DNA of 64,000 nucleotides, from NCBI GenBank assembly GCA_002633005.1, contig NMRA01000304.1, positions 461,200 to 525,199 on the forward strand, written 5' to 3'. The notes under the pieces were generated by a model that made no database searches, was not told where the DNA came from, and saw nothing but the letters and a program-made list of their open reading frames with translations. Both the position numbers and the translations under genes were made by a program. Source of the stretch: Phoronis australis (taxonomy: Eukaryota > Animalia > Phoronida). Below, in pieces: positions 61,376 to 64,000 of this stretch. Within the stretch, counting starts at the first letter, position 1, and each line of letters begins with the position of its first letter.

Positions 61376-63059
61376 CTGCCTCTGGCCGTTAACATCAATA
61401 CCAAAATTTATCATTATCATTATTATTACGGTATTATTATTATTACGTCTTCTTGAGTCACTGATGGTTTCGATGTTCTTGTCGATAACAGAGATAAAAT
61501 CCTATCAAGCGACAGTTAAAGGTCTCATTCGATTTTTGGTTTTATCCAGCTAAACAAGGACAATGCGTCTTTAATATTTACAATGTCTGTGTAGTAAGAA
61601 ACACTGAGTGTTCTGTTTTTGGTTCGGTGGTATAATTCCAAAAATTAGGTCGGCTTTTGAAATTTTTCAGATTTGTCACACACCCAGAGTTAACGTTGTC
61701 AGATTTATTCAACGAGATGAGTTTCCACCCGCGGAAGAGTTTCTTTGCAACGAACTCTAGGGAGGAACGGCGATTGGGCTGGTCCCGTTTTGGCTCCCCT
61801 CCTCCTTCGTGGTTACGCCAGTGCTACGTAGGCATTTGTATAGATTATATGATGACGGTTGTGCCATATGCCGCGTCAACTGCATGTTTTGGTGTTAGAT
61901 TCATGCTAAACCTGTTTACTTAAACGCACCTATTTGTTCATAAAGTATAACCAATGAATTAAAATGTAAATGTTTTCACTCATGGTGTTGTACCTTTAGT
62001 ATTTGGTCACTTGGCTGCTTCATCACGAGGCTTCATCACTCTTTCCCGCATGCCGGGCGAGACTTGCATAAAACCCGGGGTGAGTTCCATAGACGCAAGA
62101 ACCCCGCGAAAGAAGCAAGTATGATTACGTGCTTCGTTTGTAAATACATGGCGATGTCTAGCGAAGTCTCGAATTTTTGCGAGTTTCTTACGTATGCTGG
62201 GAACACACACCCGATCGGTCATCGAATGGGCTATTGTGTAACACATTTGGGCGCGTGATGCTGATATAGAATTAATTTCAACCTCGTGAAAACGTGACTC
62301 CAACGGTAGCAAATCAAGTTTGAGATGACCTTGGGTCACTTTTCACTGTGTCTAAATTTAACTTTCACCGTGTCTAAATTTAACGGTGAATAATTTTCAT
62401 TATAGCCCCCCTCCCCTCCTCTCTCGTGCACGATCAACGAAAAACAAGAATACCGTTTTGGGGGCTGCGCGGACGTTTTCCCATCGAAAACTAAACTGAG
62501 GTTGTTCTCCCCAATGATATGATAGATCCTCCAGTGTTCAACCCGTAGAAAATGAACTTGCCACTGATGAAAACTTGTCAGCTAGTTCAAAGTGTGCCTA
62601 TATATGGGGGATGAGTAATTTTTCAACGGTTTTGTATGTTAGATCAACTATTTAATCAAAATATTGCAACACGTTTTTAGTTTCCCCTCGTTATCGTTGT
62701 TGTTCGGGCGATGTCTTTCTTGAGGTACGTTCTTTTCCGGTCGTCATCTTCCTTGGCTTAGGTCTCGTTCACGTCGTCGTCATCGGCGTTTGTCGCGTCA
62801 CAGTCTTAAGACGGCGGTGTCTGTGGAAGGGTGGCGCTAGCAAGGAACCCATGGGGAAGACCGAAGCAAACGTTGGAGGAGATACGTTTTGACAGGGGGA
62901 GGACGGGCGGCAACGTTGTCTCGCATAGTTCCGCAGTGGCGTTGTCCCACGTGTTACATGTACGTCGAATTATAGTTTTTGCATTCCTCATATCGCTTTC
63001 AGTTATCCAGTGAAGGAAAAGTCCCTGATTATGCATACATTAAATTAGCCGTCACATGT

Positions 63060-63155
63060 CAGGGGCGGATCCAGGATTTTTAGTTAGGGGACGGGCCGCG
63101 GCTGAGTATTATCCAGAATTTTGCCCGTCAGACATTCACACCCCCAAACTGCCAC
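63060..63155 (-). mobile_element. Truncated MITE of the CAG(T/G)GGCGGAT family
   Basis: caggggcggatccaggatttt..attttgcccgtcagacatt is the reverse complement of the 47856/43983 copies. Confidence 0.7.
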
Positions 63156-64000
63156 TTTCTTATGATAGGAGCACTTAGAATGCACCCTATAGTATGTACG
63201 GAAATGGATGTCTGTATCATCCGGGAACCTTACATGGGGGCCAAAATTTGAGCTACTGAGTTAAATAACGACCAAAGCAGATTTAAAATGAGCAATCGTG
63301 CCACACTGAGCATCTATGACAGACAAACTGCACTCTAGAAATTTCCCGTCAGAAACAAAAAATGATCCCCCAAAACTGAGGTAGATCAAACAGTCGATGT
63401 ACAACAAAAAATAATTCCGTATGATATAGTACACAGCCCTGGTCACAATGGTCTATGGATAGACAACATGCACTCTGGGTTGGATCTACCAGAAAATCAC
63501 CTCCGGAATTCTCTTACTCAAGGTATGGACCAAAATTGATTTAAAATTAACTATCATGCCACACTGAGTACCAATTAACCCATGAGACAAAAATTACAAA
63601 CTAGAAAGAGCCCAGATGAGACGAAAAATGGCCTTCAATAATTGAGTTTTTTCAACGTTCGAGGCAAGTACACAAAAACATGACTCAGTATACATGCCTT
63701 GGCCACTAGCCTTTGCCAAAAGTATGCTGGGTTGGGTCCATTCGAGATCCCAAAAACTACTTAATGCTTGTGAAATTTACAGCTAAATTAGACAAACGAC
63801 ACAGCGCAGATAAGGCTGGTTGACAGGCCTAGAAGACGTCAAATGCTTTGTTCAGCAATGGCAACCCTGTCTTGGGTCAATAGATGGCGTTATAAGTCTG
63901 AACGACAAATGCTTCAGACATTTCGGTTTCGTACGATGTATCGATGCAACAAAAAAAGAAGACAGTGTGCCTGATAAGATACAAAATGTTTTAGTTTATT

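Noticed and set aside
62007-63036. GC-richer stretch with minus-strand ORFs (62007-62339, 62806-63036) as exons of another gene
   Set aside because: No recognisable domain or consistent splice chain; cannot be excluded without homology search or RNA data.

Overview
AT-rich, intron-rich genomic DNA from an animal, probably an invertebrate; the taxon cannot be fixed from sequence alone. Most short ORFs in the track are spurious, and the real genes are spliced. (1) 1293-27235 (+): the 3' part of an Xaa-Pro aminopeptidase (aminopeptidase P, M24B, XPNPEP2-like) ending in a GPI-type tail. I rebuilt it from GT-AG exons with consistent phases. It has three homologous, apparently mutually exclusive exons (21338-21409, 21947-22018, 23207-23284) encoding the segment between the active-site His (VHE) and a metal-binding Glu (EPGYY). 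The flanking introns carry complementary sequences that resemble a docking-site/selector RNA-pairing system. This is the main candidate for a new system. (2) Two tandem 5-exon copies (-; 28600-37830 and 40626-49572) of a bacterial-type COG3964/Atu3266-like metallo-amidohydrolase, with amino-acid differences clustered in active-site loops. (3) A head-to-head inverted pair of intronless small heat-shock proteins with two alpha-crystallin domains each (59276-60058 -, 60602-61375 +), sharing a palindromic, HSE-rich promoter. The introns hold many MITEs, foldback elements, Helentron-type elements with CTCF-like motif arrays, and SINE, LINE and THAP remnants. Three single-N joins with flanking duplications are probably allelic assembly artefacts.
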